Positions 38,242 to 46,917 of a DNA stretch of 64,000 nt are shown piece after piece. The first letter of the stretch is position 1. Each line of letters begins with the position of its first letter. The translations under genes and the position numbers were made by a program. Origin of the DNA: Rhodospirillaceae bacterium (lineage in GTDB: Bacteria; Pseudomonadota; Alphaproteobacteria; Rhodospirillales; UBA2165). The DNA lies in the NCBI GenBank assembly GCA_038127535.1, contig JAYPHU010000012.1, forward strand, positions 26,507 to 90,506. The letters are read 5' to 3'. A model generated the notes under the pieces. It was given only the letters and a program-made list of their open reading frames with translations, ran no database searches and was not told the DNA's origin.

Positions 38242-39162
38242 TTGGCCGATCCCGCCCCAATGCCAGCCACCACCGAACTAAGAAGCCGCCAAGGCATGTT
38301 GGCCGTTCTCTACGCCATGGGTTTTTCTTTCTTCTTGGGATGGGGCTGGGTGCTGGTCAAACACGTGTCCACGGAGATGCACGCCCTGGAGGTCACCTTC
38401 TGGGGTGCATTCTTCGGTTTCATGGCGTTTATCCCGACCATCCTGAAGAACGGTATGAAGGTGCTGGGTACCAAGCGCCTGGGCACGCATTTCATCAGGG
38501 CCTGCGCCAATAGTTGCGCGATATTAGCCTGGTTTTGGGGCCTGACCATGGTGGACCTGGCGGATGCTGCGGCGCTGAATATGCTGGCGCCCCTGTTCAT
38601 CACCATCGGCGCCATGTTCTTTTTCGGCGAACAAGTTGGGCCCAAGCGCTGGGCCGCGCTCATCGTCGGCGGTCTGGGCGCCATCGTTGTCGTCCGGCCC
38701 GGCTTTCAGGAAATGAATATCGGCATCGCCATGGTTACCACCACGGCCATTTTCAGCGCCATCCAACGGTTGATCTCCAAATCCCTGTCCGGGACCGAAT
38801 CGTCGACCACCAGCGTGATCTATCTGATGTTCTTCATGATCCCGGTGACCCTGCTGGCGGCGTCCTTCGTCTGGACTTGGCCGACCTGGGAACAGCTAGG
38901 CATCTTGGCCGTGCTGGGCATGCTGTTGAGCGCCGGGCACTTTTCCTGGATGAAAGCGCTGACCTATGCGGATATCAGCGCGGTCGAGCCAGTGAACTTT
39001 ACCCGCATCCTGTTTGCGGCGGTCTTAGGGTTCTATTTCTTCAACGAGGTGCCGACCATCTTCACCTGGATCGGCGGGATTATGATCGTCGGCTCCACCA
39101 CCTATATCGCACGCCGCGAGGCCGCCATCCGGTCGGGACGTATCCCGCCCGAGGCTGGTTAA
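38242..39162 (+). CDS. DMT superfamily transporter (two EamA domains)
   Basis: 306-aa polytopic ORF. Start is either TTG 38242 or ATG 38260. Confidence 0.88.
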   Translation: MADPAPMPATTELRSRQGMLAVLYAMGFSFFLGWGWVLVKHVSTEMHALEVTFWGAFFGFMAFIPTILKNGMKVLGTKRLGTHFIRACANSCAILAWFWGLTMVDLADAAALNMLAPLFITIGAMFFFGEQVGPKRWAALIVGGLGAIVVVRPGFQEMNIGIAMVTTTAIFSAIQRLISKSLSGTESSTTSVIYLMFFMIPVTLLAASFVWTWPTWEQLGILAVLGMLLSAGHFSWMKALTYADISAVEPVNFTRILFAAVLGFYFFNEVPTIFTWIGGIMIVGSTTYIARREAAIRSGRIPPEAG

Positions 39163-39165
39163 CCG

Positions 39166-40101
39166 CTACACCCTATTCTTCATCTCGTCGAACCGTCCCT
39201 CGAGGAACGCCGCGAGATTGTGCTCAATCGTGGGCAGGGCGAGATCCGCGTAAGCCGTGGTCATGCCGCCCATGTGCGGCGTGAGGATCACATTGGGCAA
39301 CTCCCAAAGAGCTGAGTCCCGGGGCAAGGGCTCTTCATCAAAGACATCCAGGGCCGCGCCGGCGATGCCGCCGGATGTCAGCGCGTCGATGATCGCCTGA
39401 TCGTCCGCCACCTTGCCCCGCGCAAGATTGATCAGGATCGATGACGGCTTCATGGCCGCCAGCACCTCGGCGTTCACCATATAATGGTTTTCGGGCGTGT
39501 ACGGCGCCAGCAGCAGCAGGTAATCCACATCAGCGACGGCGTCCAGAACCTCCGCCCGCGCATATATCCGATCAAAGTTAAGGATGTCGCGGGGCGTGTT
39601 GGAAATACCGATGACGTTCATATCGAACGCCTTGGCCCGCGCCGCCACCGTCTCGGCGATCAGGCCGACTCCCCAGATGCCCAGGGTTCGGCCGCCCAGG
39701 ATCGGGCCGGGCCAGCGTTCCCATTTCTTGGCTTTTTGGTTATCTAGGATGCGCGGCAGGCCCCGGTTGAAGGCCAGCATCATCATGATGGTCATTTCCG
39801 CCATTTGCGGCCCATGCATCCCTCGCATGGATGACAGCAGCAGGTCCTTCGACAGCCCGTCCCGGTCGGCGAACCCGTCCACCCCGGTGCCCAGCGCCTG
39901 GATGAATTTCAGGTTGGTGTTTTTCTCGTAGGGCTCCTCGAACAAGATGGGCCCGAAGCCGATCAGCACATCGCACTCATAAAGTCCCTCACCCAGATTG
40001 CTTTTGTCGACGCCTGTGGTGAAGGTGACATTCGGGAATTGGGGTACAAGCCGATCCCGGTACTGATCTGCGTTAAACGCCAAAATGTGCACGTGTGTCA
40101 T
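39166..40101 (-). CDS. D-isomer-specific 2-hydroxyacid dehydrogenase family protein
   Basis: ORF 39166..40179 trimmed to ATG 40101 (MTHVHILAFN..). It has the NAD fold GIWGVGLIAETVA, and the LINLARG and TPHMGG motifs. Confidence 0.88.
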   Translation of the reverse strand: MTHVHILAFNADQYRDRLVPQFPNVTFTTGVDKSNLGEGLYECDVLIGFGPILFEEPYEKNTNLKFIQALGTGVDGFADRDGLSKDLLLSSMRGMHGPQMAEMTIMMMLAFNRGLPRILDNQKAKKWERWPGPILGGRTLGIWGVGLIAETVAARAKAFDMNVIGISNTPRDILNFDRIYARAEVLDAVADVDYLLLLAPYTPENHYMVNAEVLAAMKPSSILINLARGKVADDQAIIDALTSGGIAGAALDVFDEEPLPRDSALWELPNVILTPHMGGMTTAYADLALPTIEHNLAAFLEGRFDEMKNRV

Positions 40102-40194
40102 GGGCTCCCCGATCAGGCGGTGATTGCCGCCTCCGTATTTCTCGGCATAATCACCCTGGCGCATCCGCCAATCAAACATAAAGGGGAGGAAAGC

Positions 40195-40488
40195 ATGACA
40201 GCCTATCTGATCGCTAATGTGTCCGTGAACGACCCGGACGGGTTCGCCGCCTACCGGGAAAAGGTCAGCCCGCTAATCGAACAATATGGCGGACGTTATA
40301 TTGTGCGCGGCGGCGAGATCGAACATGTCGAGGGAGAGATGGACGTGGCCCGCCTGGTGATCGTGGAATTCGAGGACATGGACGCGCTCAGAAAGTTCTA
40401 TTTCAGCGACGACTATAAACCGATAAAAGCCATGCGGTTCGCGTCGGCAGACTCGACGGCCATGCTAGTTGAAGGCTACGCAGGCTAG
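40195..40488 (+). CDS. DUF1330 domain protein
   Basis: MTAYLIANVSVNDPDGFAAYREKVSPLIEQYGGRYIVRGG..VIVEFEDMDALRKFYFSDDY is typical of DUF1330. A GGGGAGGAAAGC SD precedes ATG 40195. Confidence 0.8.
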   Translation: MTAYLIANVSVNDPDGFAAYREKVSPLIEQYGGRYIVRGGEIEHVEGEMDVARLVIVEFEDMDALRKFYFSDDYKPIKAMRFASADSTAMLVEGYAG

Positions 40489-40499
40489 AGTTAAAACAC

Positions 40500-41681
40500 A
40501 TGCCGGAACGTCGATTACCCGCTGGCCGGGCCAACGTGTTTCAGGTGGTCCGGCAGAAACGCCAAGAAGCCCAAGCCCAAGGCATGACTCTGTTGGACCT
40601 CTCCATCGGGGAGCCCAAGGGCCCAGCCCTCAAAAGCGCGCGCGAAGCGGCGGCGGCCGCCGTCATGAGCGAGGCCGAGGCCATGCACGCCTATCAGTAC
40701 AATCTGGATACGGCCGTGCCGGATTTCTCCAAGCGCTTTGTCACCGCCCATTTGGGACGGGAGGTCGCCGGTAATGATATCGCCTACCTGCCCATCGCCG
40801 GGATCAAGCCGATCCTGGGATTGTTGCCGCTGGCCTGCGGCTGCGCCACGGACCGGGTCGGCGTGGCGACGATGACCGCGCCGGGCTATCCCATTCCGGC
40901 GGACTGGTGCGCCTATCATCCCCACGCGGAACACCAGCCCCTGCCCTTGAACGTGGAGAACCAGTTCCTGTTCGCACCAAACGAAATCCCCGCGGGCACG
41001 GACCTGATCATGACAAACTACCCGCACAACCCATCGGGTCAGGTGGCGAACGAGGCTTGGATGCGGGCGCTGTGTGAACATTGTCAAGCGAACGGCATCC
41101 GGCTGGTTAACGACGCGGCCTATATCTGCCTCAGCCATACCGGCGACAACACCAGCCTCGCGGAAGTGGCGGGCGATTACCCCGATCTCTCCTGGGCGGA
41201 GGCGTTCACGGCGGCCAAGCTGATCGGCAACGGTACCGGCTGGCATGTGGGCGCGATGGTCGGCAGCGCCGATTTTATTGCCGATCTGGGCGAGGTGAAG
41301 GGCAAGACCGACGCCGGCTATGTGCCGGCCATGGCGGCCGGCGTGATCGAGGCTCTAGAAAATGACCAGGACGGCATCGACCTATACCGCAAAATGTATG
41401 ATGAGCGCCTAACCATCCTGATTGATCTCTTAGCCGGCCACGGCATGCGCCTGGCGCTCGAGCCTCGGGCTGGGTTTTATACCTTGTGGCAATCGCCGCC
41501 CCGGGCCTTCGGCCGGAAGATGGAGACAGCCATGGACTTTAACATGACGATGATCGAGGAAACCGGCGTGGTCGGCGTGCATTTCGGCGCCTATCTACGC
41601 TACGCGGTCTGCGCCGACGTCTACAAAATGATCGACGGGCTCAACGCCGCTTTCGAAAAGGCCGCCGTCGGGTATGACTAA
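40500..41681 (+). CDS. Class I/II PLP-dependent aminotransferase (LL-DAP-aminotransferase-like)
   Basis: 393-aa ORF with LDLSIGEP, NYPHNPSG, ND AAY, and a Lys in the ..FTAAKLIGNGTGWHVG context. Confidence 0.85.
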   Translation: MPERRLPAGRANVFQVVRQKRQEAQAQGMTLLDLSIGEPKGPALKSAREAAAAAVMSEAEAMHAYQYNLDTAVPDFSKRFVTAHLGREVAGNDIAYLPIAGIKPILGLLPLACGCATDRVGVATMTAPGYPIPADWCAYHPHAEHQPLPLNVENQFLFAPNEIPAGTDLIMTNYPHNPSGQVANEAWMRALCEHCQANGIRLVNDAAYICLSHTGDNTSLAEVAGDYPDLSWAEAFTAAKLIGNGTGWHVGAMVGSADFIADLGEVKGKTDAGYVPAMAAGVIEALENDQDGIDLYRKMYDERLTILIDLLAGHGMRLALEPRAGFYTLWQSPPRAFGRKMETAMDFNMTMIEETGVVGVHFGAYLRYAVCADVYKMIDGLNAAFEKAAVGYD

Positions 41682-41692
41682 GAAAAAACTCT

Positions 41693-42025
41693 CTAGATCG
41701 CGTTGATCTTGGCGGCGAGAATGAAGTCGTTCTCGTGCAGGCCGTTGATCTTGTGGGTGTAGATGGTAATCCCCGCATAGCCCCAGCCGAATTCGATATC
41801 CGGATGGTGTCCCTCTTCCTCGGCGATCGCACCGGCCTTGTTCACGAAATCCAACGACGCCTGAAAATCATCGAACTCGAACCGGCGGTGCAGATGGTGG
41901 GCGCCGTCCTGAAGTTCCCAGCCCGGCGTCTGGGCGAGGAAAGCGCCAGCCTCATCTTCGGTTAGGGGCGGAATGCCCCCTTGGCAAGGCACACAGGTCT
42001 TGGCCGTCAGCGCATCAGTCATCAT
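41693..42025 (-). CDS. 4a-hydroxytetrahydrobiopterin dehydratase (PCD/DCoH)
   Basis: 110-aa ORF with the EEEGHHPDIEFGWGYAGITIYTH motif. Confidence 0.9.
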   Translation of the reverse strand: MMTDALTAKTCVPCQGGIPPLTEDEAGAFLAQTPGWELQDGAHHLHRRFEFDDFQASLDFVNKAGAIAEEEGHHPDIEFGWGYAGITIYTHKINGLHENDFILAAKINAI

Positions 42026-42167
42026 CTTCTCCTCTCTTCGGCCACTCCACTATCAATACCCTCTCCAGTCAAGGGGCCAAAACGGGGCGTGAACAGCGCG
42101 GCCAGATTGATTAAGCTGGCCCGACAAACGACAACAACCAGGGACGGGATGCATTCCCGAGAAACAT

Positions 42168-43373
42168 ATGAGCGACGCTTTTATCTGTGATGCCATCCGC
42201 ACGCCCATCGGCCGCTACGGCGGGGCTTTATCGAAAGTCCGGGCCGATGACCTAGCCGCCATCCCCATGGTCAGCCTGAAGGAGCGCAACCCAGACGTGG
42301 ACTGGGATCAGACCGACGACGTGATCTACGGCTGCGTCAATCAGGCCGGCGAAGACAACCGCAACGTGGCGCGCATGGCGCTATTGCTGGCGGGCCTGCC
42401 GGAAAGCGCGCCCGGCGTCACGGTGAACCGGCTCTGCGCCTCGGGCATGCATGCGGTGGGCAGCGCCGCCCAGGCGATCCGCACCGGCGAGGCCGATCTG
42501 ATGATCGCCGGCGGCGTGGAAAGCATGTCACGCTCTCCTTTCGTGATGCCGAAGGCCGATGCGGCCTTTTCCCGTAACGCGGAGATCTATGACACCACCA
42601 TCGGCTGGCGCTTCCCCAACGCCAAAATGAAGCAGCTCTACGGCACCGACTCGATGGGCGAAACGGCGGAGAACGTGGCCGAGGATCACAAGATCAACCG
42701 AGAAGACCAGGACGCCTTTGCCGTCCGCAGCCAGGCGAAGACCGAGGCTGCGCAAGCCGACGGCCGTCTGGCCGAGGAAATTGTGTCCGTCAGCATTCCA
42801 CAACGTAAGGGCGACGACATCGTGGTGGACACGGACGAACACCCGCGCACCGGCACTAGCCTGGCAGATCTGGCCAAGCTGCGCGCCGCCTTCCGGGACG
42901 GGGGCACGGTGACCGCCGGCAATTCCTCCGGCGTCAATGACGGGGCCTGCGCGCTGATCCTGGCCTCCGAGGACGGCGTGAAGCGCCATGGTCTCACTCC
43001 GCAGGCGAGGGTTCTGGGCATGGCCAGCGCTGGGGTGCCGCCACGGGTCATGGGCATCGGCCCGGTGCCGGCGGCGGAAAAACTGTTCGGACGACTGAGT
43101 CTCACCACGGACGATCTGGATATCATCGAGCTCAATGAGGCTTTTGCCTCTCAGTCCCTCGCTGTTCTGCGCGGCCTCAACATCGCCGATGATGATGAGC
43201 GGGTGAACCCGCAAGGGGGCGCGATTGCGCTCGGCCATCCGCTGGGCGCCAGCGGTGCGCGGCTGATCGCCACGGCCCTGTATCAGTTGCAGCGGGGCGG
43301 CGGGACTAAAGCGCTCTGCACCATGTGCGTCGGCGTCGGCCAGGGTGCGGCGGTGGTGATCGAGAAAGTCTGA
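42168..43373 (+). CDS. Thiolase: acetyl-CoA C-acyltransferase / 3-oxoadipyl-CoA thiolase-like
   Basis: The AFICDAIRTPIGRYGG N-terminus, the VNRLCASG active-site Cys and the C-terminal CVGVGQG are all present. Confidence 0.92.
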   Translation: MSDAFICDAIRTPIGRYGGALSKVRADDLAAIPMVSLKERNPDVDWDQTDDVIYGCVNQAGEDNRNVARMALLLAGLPESAPGVTVNRLCASGMHAVGSAAQAIRTGEADLMIAGGVESMSRSPFVMPKADAAFSRNAEIYDTTIGWRFPNAKMKQLYGTDSMGETAENVAEDHKINREDQDAFAVRSQAKTEAAQADGRLAEEIVSVSIPQRKGDDIVVDTDEHPRTGTSLADLAKLRAAFRDGGTVTAGNSSGVNDGACALILASEDGVKRHGLTPQARVLGMASAGVPPRVMGIGPVPAAEKLFGRLSLTTDDLDIIELNEAFASQSLAVLRGLNIADDDERVNPQGGAIALGHPLGASGARLIATALYQLQRGGGTKALCTMCVGVGQGAAVVIEKV

Positions 43374-43386
43374 GCCGGGTCCGGAG

Positions 43387-44328
43387 ATGGCCAAACCCCA
43401 CGTCCTTATCAACGCGCCGATCACCGACGAGAACCGGCAACGGCTGAGCCCAGACTATGAACTGCACTTCATCGAAGAGGCCCCGGACCGGGATGCCTTT
43501 CTGTGTGAGGTCGGCGGCGATATTCAGGCTATCATCACCGACGGGCCCAGAGATATCGACAAGGCGTTGATGGACCGACTGCCGAAACTGGCGCTGATTG
43601 CCGGCATGGCCGTCGGCGTCAACCGGTTTGATCTGGCCGAGGCGGAAAAGCGCGGCATCACCATCACCAATGCCAGCGGCACCAACGCTGCGAGCTGCGC
43701 AGACCTAGCCATGGGGCTGCTACTCTCCGTCGTCCGCAAGATTCTGCCTAATGACAAACTGATGCGCTATGCGGGCGGGGACGAGAACGGGCCCAAGATT
43801 TTCTCCGACACCATCACCGGTAAATGCGTCGGCATCCTGGGTCTGGGGGCCATCGGCGGCGCGTTTGCCACGCGGGCGGCGGCCTTTGATATGGAGATCG
43901 CCTATCACAACCGCCGGCAAAAAAATGTGCCTTACGCTTATTACCCGGATGTTCCGTCCCTGGCGGCCAATGTCCGCCATCTGATGGTGAGCTGCCCCGG
44001 CGGCGAGGAAACCCATCATCTGGTCAACGCCGAAGTCTTGGACGCCCTGGGACCCGACGGCGTACTGATCAACATCGCCCGGGGCTCCGTCGTCGATACG
44101 GCGGCGCTGGTGACCGCGTTGGAAGCGGGAACCATCGCCGGCGCGGGTCTGGATGTGGTGGAAGGCGACGAGGCCGATCTACAGGCACTCTGCAGGATGG
44201 ACAGTGTGGTCATGACGCCGCATCTGGCGGGCAACACGTTTGAGGCGGAGCAGGCCCGAAATGAGCTGGTCGCCGATATCCTGGACGATTTTTTCTCCGG
44301 CCGGCCGGTGGCCAACAAAATTCTGTGA
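43387..44328 (+). CDS. 2-hydroxyacid dehydrogenase (glyoxylate/hydroxypyruvate reductase-like)
   Basis: 313-aa ORF with GILGLGAIGGAFA, LINIARG and TPHLAG. Confidence 0.88.
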   Translation: MAKPHVLINAPITDENRQRLSPDYELHFIEEAPDRDAFLCEVGGDIQAIITDGPRDIDKALMDRLPKLALIAGMAVGVNRFDLAEAEKRGITITNASGTNAASCADLAMGLLLSVVRKILPNDKLMRYAGGDENGPKIFSDTITGKCVGILGLGAIGGAFATRAAAFDMEIAYHNRRQKNVPYAYYPDVPSLAANVRHLMVSCPGGEETHHLVNAEVLDALGPDGVLINIARGSVVDTAALVTALEAGTIAGAGLDVVEGDEADLQALCRMDSVVMTPHLAGNTFEAEQARNELVADILDDFFSGRPVANKIL

Positions 44329-44517
44329 CCCGCTAAATTTGTCCCCGCCGACGGCTTGACCCTCCGTGGCTTTTATCCCACTCTCCCTCCAATCGCCGGC
44401 CGCTAGAATGCTGGCCAAATGGGAGACGCAAGAGACAGATCAGGGACCGTATGACCATCGATCCGGGGCATCACCGCGCTAACTTCAATAACACCTTATG
44501 TATGGGAGGCACGCTCG

Positions 44518-45814
44518 CATGAGCGCCAAATTCGCTATTGTCGGAGCAGGACCGGCCGGCATGTACGCCGCCGACGCCCTGTTGAAAGGCTTCGAGGACT
44601 GCAACATCGACGTGTTCGAGAAGTACCCCGCGCCCTTTGGCCTGATCCGCTACGGCGTCGCTCCGGACCACTACAAAACCCGCAACACGTCGCGCCAATT
44701 CGCCCGCACCTTGGACGAGGATCAAGTCGGCTATTACGGCAATGTGGATATCGGCACGGACATCACCATGGACGAGCTGAAAGCCAATTATGACGGCGTG
44801 GTGCTGGCCATGGGCGCCTACAACGACCGCAAGCTGGGCATCCCCGGCGAAGACCTGCCGGGCGTCTATGGCGCCTGCGCCTTCGTCGGCTGGTACAACG
44901 GCCATCCGGAATTCCGCGATCTCGACCCGCTCTTGGATCGTGGCGGCGTGTCGGTGATCGGCATCGGCAACGTAGCCTTGGATGTCTGCCGGGTGCTGGC
45001 CAAGACCCGCGCCGAGATGGTGAGCTCCGACATTTGCGCCCATGCGCTGGATGCCATCGAGGCCGCGCCCATTACCGATCTGCATATGTTCGGCCGTCGC
45101 GGCCCGATTGAGGCCGGTTTTACGCCGAAGGAGCTAGGCGAGATTCGCGATCTGGAACGCTGCGCCGCCATCGTCGATCCCGCACAGTTGCCGGACGAGG
45201 TGACCAGCGACTTCGAAGGCCGCACCGCCGGCATCAAGGAAAAGAACCTGAGCCACCTGCATGAATTGGCCGGCCAGAGCAAGCCGGAGAAGCCGGTAAA
45301 GATGAACCTCACCTTCTTTGCCTCCCCCGTGGAAATCCTGGGCGGCGACCGAGTCGAAGCCCTGCGGTTGGAGAAGACCGAGGTCGTGGACGGTCGCGCC
45401 ATGGCCACCGGGGAAACCTTCGATGTGGACTGCGGCGCCGTGGTCACCGCCATCGGCTATCACACACTACCGCCGGAAGGCGTGCCGCTAAACGGCGGTA
45501 CCGTCGCCAACACCAACGGCCATGTGGAAGACAATGTCTATGTGGTCGGCTGGGCCAAGCGCGGCCCTAGCGGCACCATCCCCACCAACGGACCCGATTC
45601 ACGGGACGTGGTCGATGTGATGATCAAGGATGTCTCCGACGGCGGAAAAGCCGGCGGGGAAGCCATCGACGCCCTTATTGCCGAGCGCAACGTGCGCCGG
45701 ATCAATTTCGACGAATGGAAAATCATCGGCGATGCGGAAACCGACCGCGCACCGGAAGGTCATCCCCGCGAACGCTTCACCCGAGTCGATGAGATGCTGG
45801 CGTTGCTGGGGTAG
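44518..45814 (+). CDS. FprA / adrenodoxin-reductase-type NADPH-ferredoxin reductase
   Basis: ORF 44498..45814 trimmed to ATG 44518 (a GGGAGG SD lies upstream). FAIVGAGPAGMYAAD..FGLIRYGVAPDH..GWAKRGPSG are present. Confidence 0.88.
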
Positions 45815-45856
45815 GGTTTTTTCCAAAAATACCAATATGCACCCGTAATGCGCGAG

Positions 45857-45979
45857 CCTGCCTGCGCGAAGCAGTAGCTTCGCTTCGGCGGAGGCAGGTT
45901 GGGTCCAATGCTAATTGGACCCAATTCTCGGGTATCTCGTTGCGGCAGATCCCCGATAACCGCCTCGCGAGTCGGGGAT
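45857..45979. repeat. Three consecutive stable hairpins in the convergent fprA-like / prmA intergenic region
   Basis: (1) 45857-45898: outer stem CCTGCC/GGCAGG enclosing GCGAAGC-AGTA-GCTTCGC. (2) 45901-45922: GGGTCCAAT-GCTA-ATTGGACCC. (3) 45949-45979: ATCCCCGA-N15-TCGGGGAT. Confidence 0.4.
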
Positions 45980-46022
45980 GATGCAATAACGGCAAAATAA
46001 GTGATACGACGAAGATTGCACC

Positions 46023-46901
46023 CTAACACCGTTTGCCGATCATCAAAGTGGTCCAGCCGTCCACTCGGATGCGCTGCTTAAGGTGCAGGCCCTGCACCCG
46101 GTGCGCCGAAAAAACCCGCATCTCATCCTGCTGTAACAGCCCGGCCAGGATCGCCGTGCCGCCGGGGGCCAAATGCCGCACCAGGTCCTTGGCCATGCGG
46201 GTCAGCGGCCGGGCCAGGATGTTGGCCATGATCAGATCGAACTGGCGGGCATAGACCAGCGAGTGCCGGTAACCGCGACCCGTTCCGCAAAAGACAAGCC
46301 CGCCCTCCCCGTTCACCCGGACGTTATCCTTGGCTGTCGCCACCGCTTTGGCGTCGATATCCACGGCGGCCACCGGGATGCGCCAGCGCTTGGCAATTGC
46401 GAGCGCCAGGATGCCCGAACCGCAGCCCATGTCCAGCGCATGACGGGGCCGGGCATTATTCAAGCTATCCAACGCAAGCAGACATCCCATGGTGGAGCCG
46501 TGCTGGCCGGACCCGAAGGCCGCACCGGCCGGCACTTCCATGGAAATGCGCCCATGGGGGATATCTTCTTCGAACTCAGCCCCATGAATAAAAAACCGGC
46601 CCGCGTCCAACGGCGGAAACTGCCTCAGGTTCTCGACCACCCAGTCGACCACGGGGATGCGCGCATGATCAATGTCCGGGACTTGGGTGTCCGTCGCCTC
46701 GGCCGTGGCCTTGACCGCGATCTCCACCCGTTCACGGTCGGGCGGGCCTTCGGCAAAGCCGGTGACCTGCACAAAGGGCGTCTCCGGCCGGGCCGACCAG
46801 GAAACCGAATCGCAATGAGGCTCGATCACGGTGGCGAACACGTCCGCCTGATCTCTCGGCACGGAAAGGGTGATGCGGTAGAGATGCTCGGTGGCGGGCA
46901 T
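46023..46901 (-). CDS. prmA: Ribosomal protein L11 methyltransferase
   Basis: 292-aa ORF with the SAM motif LDMGCGSGILALAIAK and PrmA-like architecture. Confidence 0.88.
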   Translation of the reverse strand: MPATEHLYRITLSVPRDQADVFATVIEPHCDSVSWSARPETPFVQVTGFAEGPPDRERVEIAVKATAEATDTQVPDIDHARIPVVDWVVENLRQFPPLDAGRFFIHGAEFEEDIPHGRISMEVPAGAAFGSGQHGSTMGCLLALDSLNNARPRHALDMGCGSGILALAIAKRWRIPVAAVDIDAKAVATAKDNVRVNGEGGLVFCGTGRGYRHSLVYARQFDLIMANILARPLTRMAKDLVRHLAPGGTAILAGLLQQDEMRVFSAHRVQGLHLKQRIRVDGWTTLMIGKRC

Positions 46902-46917
46902 ACTTGTCAGCCAACGA

